Origin: an uncultured Acidimicrobiia bacterium
GTDB taxonomy: Bacteria > Actinomycetota > Acidimicrobiia > Spongiisociales > UBA11373
Direction of reading: 5' to 3'
DNA: 64,000 nt
Assembly (NCBI GenBank): GCA_963796115.1
Contig: CAWCKE010000001.1
Span: 37,993 to 101,992, forward strand
Positions 32,758 through 44,138 of the stretch are shown here, piece after piece. A model generated the notes under the pieces. It did not search any database and was not told where the DNA came from. It was given only the letters and a program-made list of their open reading frames with translations. Position numbers and translations under genes: made by a program. Position 1 is the first letter of the stretch; every line of letters begins with the position of its first letter.

Positions 32758-33692
32758 CCGCCGGCCGGGCGCCCCTCGCCGGCCCGCCGGGCCAGGGCCG
32801 CTCCCCCCACCGAGGCGAGCAGGACGCCGCCGGTGACCAGGATGACCCCCAGGACCTCGCCGGCCCCCAGGGGCTCGTCGAGGAAGACCCAGGCGAGGGC
32901 GGCGATCTGGGCCGGCATGCTCGTGTTGATCACCGCCGACTCCAGCGCCGAGAGCCGGCGCAGGCTCAGGTTCCACCAGGTGAAGGCCAGGGCGGTGTTC
33001 ACCACCGCCAGCCAGGCCACGATGAGCCAGCCCCGGGCCGAGACCGAGGGCATCCCCTCCACCGCCAACCCGGTGGCCAGCAGGAGGGCCGCCCCCACCG
33101 CCATGCTGACCGCGGTGACCACCAGCGGCTCCGCCTCCCCACCCCGGTTGACGGCCCGCCCGAGCAGCGAGGACCCCGTGTTCGCGGCGAGCCCCACCGC
33201 CGCCGCCGCCATGCCGATCGCCGTCGCCCCCAGGTCCCCCGAGAAGAAGGCCCAGGCCCCGACCGCCACCAGGCCCGCCCCGGCCAGCTGGTAGGCCCGG
33301 GGGGCTTCGCCGAGGGACAGCGACGACAGGCCGGCCACCAGCAGCGGCGTCAGCGCCAGGACCAGGCTCGTGGTGGCCGCCGGCTGGTGATCGAGGGCCA
33401 CGAACATGGCCCCCTGAGTGAGGGCGTAGAGCACCACCCCGAGGACGACGAGGCGCAGCAGGAGGCGGCCGCGCAACCCCCGCAGCCCGCGGCGATGGCG
33501 GGGGACGGCCGCCGCCCAGGCGAGGAGCAGGATGGCGGCCAGGGCATAGCGGATGGCGGCGAAGGAGACCGGCCGCAGGCCCTCGTCGTCGAGGCCCCAG
33601 CGGATCAGCACCCAGGACGAGCTCCACAGGAAGGTCACCGCCAGGGCCAGGGCGACGGCCCCAGGGTGGGAGCGGGGCCGGGGATCGGCCAT
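32754..33692 (-). CDS. EamA/DMT-family transporter
   Basis: The 312-aa ORF is intact, with about 10 hydrophobic segments in two internally similar halves (e.g. LIRWGLDDEGLRPVSFAAIRYALAA.. and ..VVNTALAFTWWNLSLRRLSALESAVI). Confidence 0.75.
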   Translation of the reverse strand: MADPRPRSHPGAVALALAVTFLWSSSWVLIRWGLDDEGLRPVSFAAIRYALAAILLLAWAAAVPRHRRGLRGLRGRLLLRLVVLGVVLYALTQGAMFVALDHQPAATTSLVLALTPLLVAGLSSLSLGEAPRAYQLAGAGLVAVGAWAFFSGDLGATAIGMAAAAVGLAANTGSSLLGRAVNRGGEAEPLVVTAVSMAVGAALLLATGLAVEGMPSVSARGWLIVAWLAVVNTALAFTWWNLSLRRLSALESAVINTSMPAQIAALAWVFLDEPLGAGEVLGVILVTGGVLLASVGGAALARRAGEGRPAGG

Positions 33693-33884
33693 CGCACCTC
33701 CGGATCGGCACGCGTCAAACCGTGCCGGCCTATCCCCTCGAGGCTTTTCCCCTGTGAGGTGCTGGCTCGCCGCGGCGGGCCGTCTGTGGCGCTCGGACCA
33801 GGCCCCGGAGACCGGGCGGAACCCTAGCCACCCTTCGACCGACGAGGCCAGGCTAGCGGCCCCGGGCCGTCTGCCGGCACAGGG

Positions 33885-34552
33885 TCAGGCCGAGATCAAT
33901 CCCCCCGCCATCTCCACCGCCTCCACCAGCGTGGCGGCCACCGGCACCCCCATCGCCGCCAGCGCCGCCCGCGGTTGGGACCCGCCGTCGTATAGCACGC
34001 ATCCCACCCCCGCCGCCCGGGCGGCATCGGCATCGTCGGTGACGTCGCCGATCACCACCACCGCCTCCCGCCGGACCAGCTCGGGGAAGAGCCGGGTGAG
34101 CTGATCGACGTGCCCGGCCAGGTGCTTCTCCTTCGATTCCCCCGGGCCGCCGCGGTGGCCGTCCACGGCCAGCATGTGATCCTCGAGCCCGAAGAAGCGC
34201 ACTGCCGGGACCAGTTGGTCGTGCCACCACATCGAGAGCACCGATTGGGTCCCTCCCCCTCGGCCACCAGCTCGATCGCCCGGCGGGCATCCACCGTCAG
34301 CCGCGCTTGGTCGAGGAGGGCGTGGTAGGCGGCGTGGAAGTCGTCGTCGATCGAGGCCATCTCCTCGGGGCGCACCGGCCGCCCCAGTAGGTTCTCGTAG
34401 AACCGGTGCAGGGGCCGCTGGTACACCGCCCGGTAGGTCTCCACGTCGATGGGCGGGGCCCCGATCGCTCGCAGCGACACGTTCACCGAAGCCACGACGA
34501 TCTCCAGATCGTCGAAGAGGGTCCCGTTCCAGTCCCAGACGACGTGCCACAT
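33885..34552 (-). CDS. HAD-superfamily hydrolase; one frame break near 34265
   Basis: MWHVVWDWNGTLFDD is a motif I variant (DxN rather than DxD). The adjacent frame gives SVLSMWWHDQLVPAVRFFGLEDHMLAVDG...KEKHLAGHVDQL...AVVVIGDVTDDADAARAAGVGCVLYDGG (motifs III/IV). Confidence 0.6.
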
Positions 34553-34601
34553 GTTCAGCGGACTCTAGGACTACCGTCGAGCACGAAAGACGCCGACCCC
34601 G

Positions 34602-35645
34602 ATGCCGCCCTACGAACTGGGAGACCCCGAGCTCGACGGCCAGATCCGCCGCCTGGTAGGCGCGGCCGCCCCACGGGGCGGGGGCGTGCAGCCGGATGCC
34701 GACCTGGTCGAGGAGCTGATCGTCACCGCCCTGAAGCTGCTGCGCGACCAGGCCGACCGGGCCGACCTGCGGCTCATCAACACCGCCGTCAAGGAGCTCC
34801 GCTACGCCTTCCGGGTGTTCTCCCGCTACCGCGACTTCCGCAAGGTGGCCGTGTTCGGCTCGGCCCGCACTCCCCCCGGGCACCCCAACTACGCGCTGGC
34901 CGAGAAGCTGGCCGCCCACCTGGCCTGGGAGCGAGGCTGGATGGTGATGACCGGGGCCGGGCCGGGGATCATGGAGGCGGCCAACCGGGGGGCCGGCGAG
35001 CGCTCGTTCGGGGTCAACATCCGCCTCCCCTTCGAGGACGAGGCCAACCCCTACGTGCCTCCCGACAAGGTGGTGAACTTCCGCTACTTCTTCTCCCGCA
35101 AGGTGGTGTTCGTCAAGGAGGCCCACGCCTTCGTGCTCTTCCCGGGCGGCTTCGGCACCCTCGACGAGACCCTGGAGACCCTCACCTTGATGCAGACGGG
35201 CAAGAGCGACCTGCACCCCGTCGTGCTGATGGAGGCGGCCGGGACCGGGTACTGGCAGGAGTGGCTCGACTTCGCCACCCACACCCTGGTGCCGCAGGGG
35301 ATGGTCGACGAGGACGACCTGGACCTGGCGCGCTTCACCACCAGCGCGGACGAGGCGGCCGAGGAGATCACCCGCTTCTACGCCAACTACCACTCCCAGC
35401 GCTACGTGGACGGGCGCCTGGTCCTCCGCCTGCTCCACGCCCCCACCGGGGAGCAGGTGGCGGAGCTGAACGACCTCTTCCCCGACCTCCTCGTCACCGG
35501 CCGGATCGAGCCGATCGAGGCCACCCCGGCCGAGCTGGAGGACGGCGACTACCCGCACCTGCCCCGCCTGCGCCTCCATTTCAACCGGCGCAGCCTGGGC
35601 CGCCTGCGGGCCATGATCGACCACCTGAACGCCCTGGCCCCCTGA
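34602..35645 (+). CDS. LOG-family (TIGR00730) Rossmann-fold protein with N- and C-terminal extensions
   Basis: The 347-aa ORF is intact. The core reads KVAVFGSARTPPGHPNYALAEKLAAHLAWERGWMVMTGAGPGIMEAANRGA...AFVLFPGGFGTLDETLETLTLMQTGK (PGGxGTxxE motif). About 80 extra residues precede the core and about 100 follow it. Confidence 0.75.
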   Translation: MPPYELGDPELDGQIRRLVGAAAPRGGGVQPDADLVEELIVTALKLLRDQADRADLRLINTAVKELRYAFRVFSRYRDFRKVAVFGSARTPPGHPNYALAEKLAAHLAWERGWMVMTGAGPGIMEAANRGAGERSFGVNIRLPFEDEANPYVPPDKVVNFRYFFSRKVVFVKEAHAFVLFPGGFGTLDETLETLTLMQTGKSDLHPVVLMEAAGTGYWQEWLDFATHTLVPQGMVDEDDLDLARFTTSADEAAEEITRFYANYHSQRYVDGRLVLRLLHAPTGEQVAELNDLFPDLLVTGRIEPIEATPAELEDGDYPHLPRLRLHFNRRSLGRLRAMIDHLNALAP

Positions 35646-35679
35646 TCGGCGGCCGGCCACGGCGAGTAGCCTGTGGCCG

Positions 35680-36422
35680 ATGCGGGAGATCCTCGCCGAC
35701 CTGGTCGCCGAACAGCAGGCCCTGGACCAGCTGCTGCAGCGCGCCCCGGACCGCGACTGGAAGCGGCAGACCCCGGCCGCAGGGCTGGACCGTGCAGGAC
35801 ACCATCAGCCACCTGGCCGCCTCCGAGGAGCGAGCCGTGCGCGCCATCGCCGGCGACCGCAAGCTGGCCGCCGAGATCAAGGCCGCCGGCGGCGTGGACG
35901 CCTACAACCAACTCGGGGTGGAGGTCGGGCCGAGGCAAGCGGCCCCAGGAAGTCATCGAGTGGTGGCGCCACAGCCGGGCGGCGGTGGTCGAAGCCCTCT
36001 CCCGCACCCCCCGCCAGGCCCGCGTGTCCTGGTACGCCGGGTCGATGGGGGCCCGCACCTTCGCCACCACCCGCCTCATGGAGACCTGGGCGCACGGGCT
36101 GGACGTCGTGACCGCCCTGCAGCGGGAGGTGGCCGACACCGCCCGGCTGCGCCACATCGCCTGGCTGGGCTGGAAGACCCTGCCCTACGCCTTCTCGCGG
36201 GCCGGGGAGAAGTACAAGGAGCCCATCCGGGTGGAGCTGGTCGGTCCGGGTTACGCCCGGTGGGTCTTCGGGCCGGAGGACTCCGACCAGGTGATCCGGG
36301 GCCAGGCCGGCGACTGGTGCCGGCTGGTGGTGCGCCGCCTCCCCAAGGGCCGGGAGAAGGAACTGGTCGCCACCGGCGAGGTGGCCGCCACCGCCCTGCG
36401 CGTCGCCCGGGCGTACGTGTGA
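35680..36422 (+). CDS. DinB-fold, maleylpyruvate-isomerase-family (mycothiol-dependent/TIGR03084-like) protein; two frame breaks (about 35775 and 35930)
   Basis: Fragments are MREILADLVAEQQALDQLLQRAPDRDWKRQTPA; GWTVQDTISHLAASEERAVRAI; PQEVIEWWRHSRAAVVEALS...VSWYAGSMGARTFATTRLMETWAHGLDVVTAL...*. Confidence 0.6.
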
Positions 36423-37194
36423 TCGGCCCCCTCGTCGGCATGGTCCACCTGGGGTCGCTCCCCGGCGCGCCCCGCTTCGCCGGTGACCTCGATGCGGTGC
36501 TCGCCGCCGCCGTCGCCGACGCCCGGGCCCTCGAGGCGGCCGGCTTCGACGCGCTGCTGGTGGAGAACTTCGGCGACGCCCCCTTCTTCCCCGACGACGT
36601 CCCCAAGGCCACGGTGGCCGCCCTGACCCGGGCGGTGGCCGAGGTGCGGCAGGGCGGTGGCCCTGCCGGTGGGGGTGAACGTCCTGCGCAACGACGCCCG
36701 CGCCGCCCTCGCCGTCGCCGCCGCGACCGGGGCCGCCTTCATCCGGGTCAACGTGCTGGCCTGGTCGATGCACACCGACCAGGGGCCGATCACCGGCCGG
36801 GCCGCCGAGGTGCTCCGGCTGCGCGCCTCGCTCGGCGCACCCGTGGCAGATCCTCGCCGACGTGTTCGTCAAGCATGCCTTCCCGCGCGCCGGGCCTCAC
36901 CCTCGAGCAGGCAGCCATCGACACCTGCGAGCGGGCCGGGGCGGACGGGCTCATCGTCACCGGGATCGGCCACCGGGCGGCCCGCCTCGCTCGACGACCT
37001 GCGCCGGGTGAAGGCGGCGGTCCCCGGCGCTCCCGCTGTACGCCGGCTCCGGGGTGACCGCCGAGTCGGTGGCCGCGGTGCTACGGGTGGCCGACGGGGT
37101 CATCGCCGGCACCGCTCTGAAGCGGGACGGAGTGACCGCCGCCCCCGTCGACCCCGGCCGGGCCCGGGCCTTCGCCGCCGCCGCCCGCGGCTGA
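36419..37194 (+). CDS. BtpA/SgcQ-family TIM-barrel protein; at least 4 frame breaks
   Basis: The GTG at 36419 overlaps the upstream stop (GTGA). Fragments are VIGPLVGMVHLGSLPGAPRFAGDLDAVLAAAVADARALEAAGFDALLVENFGDAPFFPDDVP; ALPVGVNVLRNDARAALAVAAATGAAFIRVNVL; GADGLIVTG; [32 protein letters not shown]...*. Confidence 0.6.
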
Positions 37195-37820
37195 CCCCGC
37201 CTCCGTCGCCCGGCCGAGCCGGAAGCCCTGCTTGACCAGCAGGTTGAGCATGGCCGGGGCGGCCTCGTGGAACTGGACCGGGTGGAACGCCTCACCCAGC
37301 CCCGACAGGAACCCGACCATCGCCTCGACGATGTGGGCGTGGGAGATGGTGTGCAGGTCGCAGTGCGCGCTGCGGCCGAAGGCCACCAGCCGGGTGCGGA
37401 TCTGCCCGCCCCCGCGTGCCGGGCTCATCCGCAGGTAGTGGGCGATGAGATCGCCGACCACCGCCTCCAGCGGCTCGGCGTAGAGCCACTCCACCCGCCT
37501 GCAGCAGCGAGTGCAGCACCTCGCGCCGGCGCAGCCCGGGGTTGAACTGAGCCTCGCCCTGCTTCACCTCCCCGATGAACACGTCCACCATGCCGGGCTG
37601 GAGTTGCAGGACGGGGTCCTCGATGAGCAGGAGGCGGGCGTCGGGGCCCTCGGCTTCGGCGGCGTAGACGTCGCCGGGCAGGCGCAGCCCCATGACGTCC
37701 ACGTCGGTGATCGACTCGAAGCCGCCGTCGGGCGCCCGGCCCTGGACGCCGAACTCGCGTCAGGGTCAGGTAGCCGCAGAGGCGCAGGTAGGCCTCCACC
37801 AGGCTGACGCCGATGTCCAT
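37081..37820 (-). CDS. Hypothetical protein with a PD-(D/E)xK nuclease-like motif pattern; two frame breaks (about 37755 and 37500), 3' end uncertain
   Basis: The reconstructed sequence is [21 protein letters not shown] / [31 protein letters not shown]...[34 protein letters not shown] / [23 protein letters not shown]...[13 protein letters not shown]. The E...D(VDV)...ExK (GEVKQ) spacing resembles restriction-endonuclease-fold proteins. The gene is divergent from lhr. The ORF-track end (37081) overlaps the btpA-like 3' end by about 110 nt. Confidence 0.35.
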
Positions 37821-37912
37821 AGGCGGCAGTCTGGCAGAACCGCGGCGGGCTGGGGCCAGGCGGCCGGCGTGCCCCGGGGACTCGTCGGTCGGCTGCCGGT
37901 AGCCTGGCGGCG

Positions 37913-40900
37913 ATGCCGGTGCTCGACCTGTTCACCCGGCCGGTGGCGGAGTGGTTCGCGCGCCTCCTTCCCCGGCCCGACGGCCGCCCAGGAACAGGGG
38001 TGGCCGGCCATCGCCGCCGGCCGACACACGCTGATCCACGCCCCCACCGGCTCCGGCAAGACCCTGGCCGCCTTCCTGTGGGGCCTCGACCGCCTCTTCG
38101 CCGACGCTCCGCCCCGACCGAGCGCAAGCGCTGCCGCCTGCTCTACGTCTCGCCCCTCAAGGCCCTCGCCTACGACATCGAGCGCAACCTGCGCCTGCCG
38201 CTCGCCGGCATCGCCGCCACCGCGGCCCGCCTCGGGGTGCCGGTCCCCTCCCTGGCGACCGCCATGCGCACCGGCGACACCCCGCCCGACGAGCGGCGGG
38301 CCATGTTGCGCCACCCGCCGGACATCCTCATCACCACCCCGGAGAGCCTGTACCTGCTCCTCACCTCTTCGGCCCGCGAGATGCTGGCGCCGGTCCGCTG
38401 GGTCATCGTGGACGAGATCCACGCCGTCGCCGGCACCAAACGGGGCTCCCACCTCGCGCTCACCCTGGAGCGGCTCGAGGAGGCCACCACGGTCTCTCCC
38501 CAGCGCATCGGGCTCTCCGCCACCCAGCGCCCGCTGGAGGCCATCGGCCGCTTCCTGGCCGGGGGGACGGTGGAGAAGGGCGAGTGGCGCCCGCGCCCGG
38601 TGACCATCGTCGACACCGCCCGCGACCGGCGCCTGGAGGTCGAGGTGGTGGTCCCCGTCGAGGACATGACCCACCCCGAGCAGGCCGTGCCGCGCCGCCG
38701 TGCCTGCCGACGGCGCGCCCCCGAAGCGCTCCATCTGGCCGGCGATGTACCCGCAGCTGCTCGCCCTGGTCATGGCGCACCGCTCCACGATCATCTTCGT
38801 CAACAGCCGGACCCTGGCGGAGCGCCTCGCCACCCACTTGAACGACCTGGCCGGCGAGGAGATCGCCAAGGCCCACCACGGCTCGGTGTCCCGGGAGCAG
38901 CGCCTGGCCATCGAGGAGGGCCTCAGGACGGGGACGCTGCGCTGCGTGGTGGCCACCTCCACACTGGAGCTGGGCATCGACATGGGCGCCGTGGACCTGG
39001 TCGTCCTGGTCGAGTCGCCCGCCACGGTCGCCCAGGGCCTGCAGCGGGTGGGCCGGGCCGGGCACCAGGTGGGAGTGCCCAGCCGGGCCAAGGTGTTCCC
39101 CAAGCACCGCGGCGACCTGCTCGAGGCGGCGGTCGTGGTTCGGCGCATGGAGCAGGGGCTCATCGAGGAGACCCACATCCCGGCCAACCCCCTCGACGTG
39201 CTCGCCCAGCAGCTGGTGGCCATGGTGGCCCTGGGCCCCCAGCAGGTGGACCGGGTCTACGACCTGGTGCGCCGGGCGGCGCCCTACGCCGGCCTGGGGC
39301 GGGCCTCCTTCGAGGCCGTCCTCGACATGCTCTCCGGCCGCTACCCCTCCGACGAGTTCGCCGAGCTCCGCCCCCGCCTCAACTGGGACCGGGCCGAGGG
39401 CATCCTCACCCCCCGGGGGAACGCCCGCTCGCTGGCGGTCACCAACCCGGGGACGATCCCCGACCGCGGCCTGTACACGGTGGTGTTGCCCGAGGGCGGC
39501 CGGGTGGGCGAGCTCGACGAGGAGATGGTCTACGAGAGCCGGGTGGGCGACACTTTCGTCCTCGGCTCCTCCGCCTGGCAGATCGCCGAGATCACCGCCG
39601 ACCGGGTGGCGGTGGTCCCCGCCCCGGGCGCCACCGCCCCCCGCCTCCCCTTCTGGAAGGGCGACACCCTGGGCCGGCCGTTGGAGATGGGGAGGGCCCT
39701 GGGGGCCTTCGTCAGGGAGATCGGCGCCCTCCCGCCCGAGAAGGCCAGGCAGGTGCTCACCGCCGAGTACCACCTCGATCCGTGGGCGGCGGCCAACCTC
39801 GTCCAGTACCTCGCCGAGGAGCAGGCCTCCACCGGCACACTGCCCACCGACCGCAGCATCGTCATCGAGAAGTACCGCGACGAGATGGGCGACTGGCGCC
39901 TGGTGCTGCTCTCCCCCTTCGGGGCCCGCCTGCACGCCCCCTGGGCCCTGGCCGCTTCTCGGCGGCTGCGCGAGCGCCACGGCCTCGAGCGCCGAGGCGG
40001 TCTGGTCGGACGACGGCATCATCCTGCGCTTCCCCGACGCCGACGACACCGCCCGACCCGATGGAGCTGCTCCTCGAGCCCGACGAGGTGGAGGGCCTGG
40101 TGGTGGACGAGGCCGGGCGCAGCGCCATCTTCGCCGCCCGCTTCCGCGAGGCGGCGGCCCGCGCCCTCCTGCTCCCCCGCCGCCGCCCGGGGCAGCGCAC
40201 CCCGCTGTGGATGCAGCGCCGACGGGCCACCGGCCTGCTGGCGGCCGCCGGGCGCCACCCCGCCTTCCCCATCGTCCTCGAGGCCTATCGGGAGGTGCTG
40301 CAGGAGCACTTCGACCTGCCCGCCCTGCAGGAGGTGCTCGGCGACATCGCCGCCCGCCGGGTGCGGGTGGCCGTCGTCCACACCACCGGGCCCAGCCCCT
40401 TCGCCTCGTCCCTCTCCCTCGACTTCATCGCCTCCTATCTCTACGAGTACGACGCCCCGCCGGCCGAGCGGCGGACGGCCGCCCTCACCATCGACCAGAC
40501 GCTGCTGCGGGAACTGCTGGGCGAGCCGGAGCTGCGCGAGTTGCTCGACCCGGAGGCGATGGCAGCGGTGGAGGCCGAGTTGCAGCACCTCGCCCCCGGC
40601 TACCAGGTGTCGGGGGCCGACGGGGTGGCCGACCTGCTCGCCCGCCTCGGCCCGCTGACCGCCGCAGAGGTGGCGGCCCGCTGCTCCGACGACGACCCGG
40701 CAGCGACCCTCGCGGCCCTCGCCGGCCAGGGCCGAGCCATCATGCTCACCATCGGCGGGATCCCCCGCTGGGCGGCGGCCGAGGATGCCGCCCGCCTCCG
40801 CGACGCCCTCGGGGTGCCGCCGCCCGCCCACCTTCCGGCGGCCTTCCTCGAGGCGGTCCCCGACCCCCTCGGGGATGTGGTCGGACGCCATGCCCGCACC

Positions 40901-42303
40901 CACGGCCCGTTCACCGTCGCCGGGGCGGCCGCCGCCCTGAGCCTGCCGCCGGCGGTGGTCGCCACCACCCTGGCCCGCCTCGAGGAGCAGGGCCGGGTGA
41001 CCCGGGGCGCCTTCCTGCCCCACGGCGAGGGACAGGAGTGGGTGGATGCCGAGGTGCTGCGCCGCCTGCGGCGCCGGTCCCTGGCCCGCCTGCGCCACCA
41101 GGTCGAGGCGGTCGATGCCGCTGCCTACGCCTGCTTCGCCGTCGGCTGGCACGGGATCGGCGGCAGCGAGACCTCCGCCGCGGCGCTCGCCGAGGCGATC
41201 GGGCGGCTGCAGGGAGCCGCCATCCCCGCCTCCATCCTCGAGCAGGAGGTCCTCCCCGCCCGGCTCGACTACCGCCCCGACCTGCTCGACGCCCTCACCG
41301 CCTCCGGGCAGGTGGTGTGGCTGGGGCGGGGGCCGCTCGGCCCCGGAGACGGCCGGGTGGCCCTGTACCGGCGCGCGGAGGTGGCCGCCCTGGCCTGGCC
41401 GCCCGCCTCGGCCGCCCCGGAGGGTGAGGCCTACGAGGCCATCCGGGCTCACCTCGCCCGACGCGGCGCGTCCTTCTTCGCCGACCTGTACCGGGCGGTG
41501 GGCGGGGGCGACCCGGACGTCACCCTCGCCGCCCTTTGGGACCTGGTCTGGGCGGGTGAGGTCGCCAACGACACCGTTGCGCCCCTCCGCGCGTTCCTCA
41601 CCGGCCGCCGCGCCCAACAACGCCCCGGCCGCGGCCACCTGCCCACCGACGCCCCACCGGCCGGCAGCGGCCGCTGGTACCTGGCGTCCGACCTGCTCGA
41701 CAGCCCGCCGGCGCCTACCGCGGCGGCCGCCGCCCGCGCCGGCCAACTGCTCGAACGCCACGGCATCGTGGTGCGCGACACCGTCCTCGCCGAGGAGGTG
41801 CCCGGCGGCTTCGCCGGGCTCTACCCGGTGCTGGCCGCCATGGAGGAGGCAGGCCGGGTGCGGCGCGGCTACTTCGTGGAGGGCCTGGGCGGCTCGCAGT
41901 TCGCCCTGCCCGGGGCCCTCGACCGCCTCCGGGCCGGAAAGGCCGCCGGGGTCGTCGCCCTCGCCGCCGCCGACCCGGCCAACCCCTACGGCGCCGCCCT
42001 GCCCTGGCCCGACGCACCCCGCCGGCCAGCCCTCGCGCTCCGCCGGGGCCCACGTGATCCTCCTCGCCGGCCGCCTGGGGGCCTTCGTCGAACGGGGCGG
42101 CCGCCGCGTGCTCACCTTCTGCCGACGACGAGGACGACCGGGCGGCGGTGGCCGACGCCCTCGCCGGGCTCAGCCGCCGCCTCCGCCGGCGGGTGCTGTC
42201 CACGGTGGACGGCGCGCCTGCCGAGTCGTCGGTGCTGGCGGCGGCCCTGACCGCGGCCGGTTTCGTCCCTTCGTACAAAGGGATGGCGCTGCGCCGACCC
42301 TGA
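37913..42303 (+). CDS. lhr: Large ATP-dependent helicase Lhr (DEAD/DEAH box plus Lhr-core plus C-terminal domain); about 6 frame breaks
   Basis: Colinear fragments are [16 protein letters not shown]; [38 protein letters not shown] (Walker A); [19 protein letters not shown]...[26 protein letters not shown] (DEIH); [15 protein letters not shown]...[50 protein letters not shown]...[10 protein letters not shown] long intact stretch runs from 40060 to 42030. The end [14 protein letters not shown] is in another frame (stop 42301-42303). Confidence 0.9.
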
Positions 42304-42327
42304 GCCGGTCCCCCGAACCGGCAGAGC

Positions 42328-44047
42328 TCAGTCGAGCACCGACCAGAAGGCAATGCCCGGGAGCCGCCACCACCGGCGGGGGTCGGCTTCCAGCGCGGCG
42401 ACTCCGGCGAGGGCCCGGTCCGAGTGGCGGTGGGTGACGAACCACGGGGGCTTGGGATACAGGAGGAAGGGGGCCTTGACCACCGTCTTCTGCGGCCGGT
42501 CCACCAGGCGGGCGTTGTGCACGAAGCCCAGGCCGCTGCCGATGTCGGCCGGGGTGTGCCCCGGGAAGGCCCCCCACGGTATGGACCCGAAGACGAACCC
42601 GGCCGCCGACCAGATGTTCACCGCCACCACCCCGTAGCGCAGCCCGGCCAGGGCGGCGTCGTAGGCAGGCCCCATGTCCCGCGCCGTGGGGCGATCGACG
42701 ATGACGGTCGCATCCAGGGTGCCGGAGAGCCGCTCGTTGCAGAAGGACACTGCCCGATCCAGGTACTCGACCGCGGTGTCGCCCGGCAGCAGGGTGGTGG
42801 CCGCCAGCGGGCACCACGGCTCCTCCCGGAACACGAGGTGGTCGACCTCGGGGTCGACGTCGATCAGCAGGGCGGGGGGAAGCACTCCGCCCTCGCGCCG
42901 CCCGAACGTCTCCACGCGGTCGTGGGACGCCAGGTAACGGTCGTAGGTGGCTTCGGCTCCCGGGTAGTAGGCCCGCCGCGGCGGCAGTGAGCGGAGCACT
43001 TGCCGCAGGTGCTCGAGGAAGGCTTCCCGCTGTGGCCAGCGCTCGGGAAGGACCACCACCCGGGCGGAGTTGCAGTTGAAGCCCGACGTTCTGAGTGATC
43101 TGGGTGGCAACGTCCTCGGCTCGCAGCCGCAGCGCCCGTTCCGACCACCGCCCGGGGATCACGATGACCGGACTCACATTGCCCAGCTCACAGGTGACGG
43201 GTTTGTCGAGGATCGGCGTGCCGGCCGCCTTGCGGGCCGCCGCCCCGGGCCCCCAGACGATGGCGTCGTAGCTGCCGGCCGAACCGGTGATGTGCACCCC
43301 GCTCACCGCCGGGTGGCGCACCAGGTAGTCGCCGTTCTCGGCACGGCCCCCGTACGCCGTCCGCACGAAGCCGGCGGCGATGAGGTCGGCGAAGGCCCGC
43401 TCGAAGTGCGGGCCCATGTACTCGGCCACCCGGCTGAACTTGATCAGGACCGTCGTGCCCTCCACGAACAGCTTGTGGACCACGTCGAGGAAGCTGATGG
43501 CGACCACGTTCCCCGCCCCCAGCACCAGCGACACCCCGGCGGGGGGCGTCGTCCCCTTGGTGTAGAAGGCCCCCATGCTCGCCTCGAGGTCCGCCCGGGC
43601 CACCCGGGGGTCCACCCACAGGTCGGCCGTGACCCCGGCGAAGAGCAGACGGTCGTAGACGTTCACCGGGACTACGCGCAACGTCACTTGCCCGTCGGGC
43701 CGCACCCGCACGGCCGACCCGGGCAGGGGGACCCGCCCGCTTCGGCGGATCCCTTCGAGCGTGTCGAGCATGATCCGCATAGTCCGCAGCATCGACACGA
43801 CGGTGGCCACCCACTCCTCCCCCGCCTGCGGGCCGACGAAGCCCTTGACGGCGCAGGTGTCGGCCACCAGGCCCGGAGCGGCGGCCCAGGTGCCGGCGAG
43901 GAGGGAACGCAGGTAGGTGATGCGGTCGTCGAGCGACAGGGCGGCCCAGGCCGGGGCCCGTTCGGTCAGGGTGGCGAGGGCCCGATCGATGTCGGCGCGC
44001 GAGGTCGCGACGCGAGGCGGCGGCGTTGACACGGTTGGGGTGGGCAT
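42328..44047 (-). CDS. Aldehyde-dehydrogenase-superfamily protein (divergent); one frame break near 43090-43110
   Basis: The sequence reads MPTPTVSTPPPRVATSRADIDRALATL...VSLVLGAGNVVAISFLDVVHKLFVEGTTVLIKFS...HITGSAGSYDAIVWG...PVTCELGNVSPVIVIPG (catalytic Glu, ELG-type). The next frame gives GFNCNSARVVVLPE (Cys-containing motif) ...GVVAVNIWSAAGFVFGSIPWGAFPGH. Confidence 0.65.
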
Positions 44048-44138
44048 GGCGGCGATGCTACGCCCCAGATCCCGGCCGGTGCGGCTCGCCCGGGGCTCTC
44101 TGCCTGCGCAGCCGCCCCGGCGCGGCCACAATTGCGCC

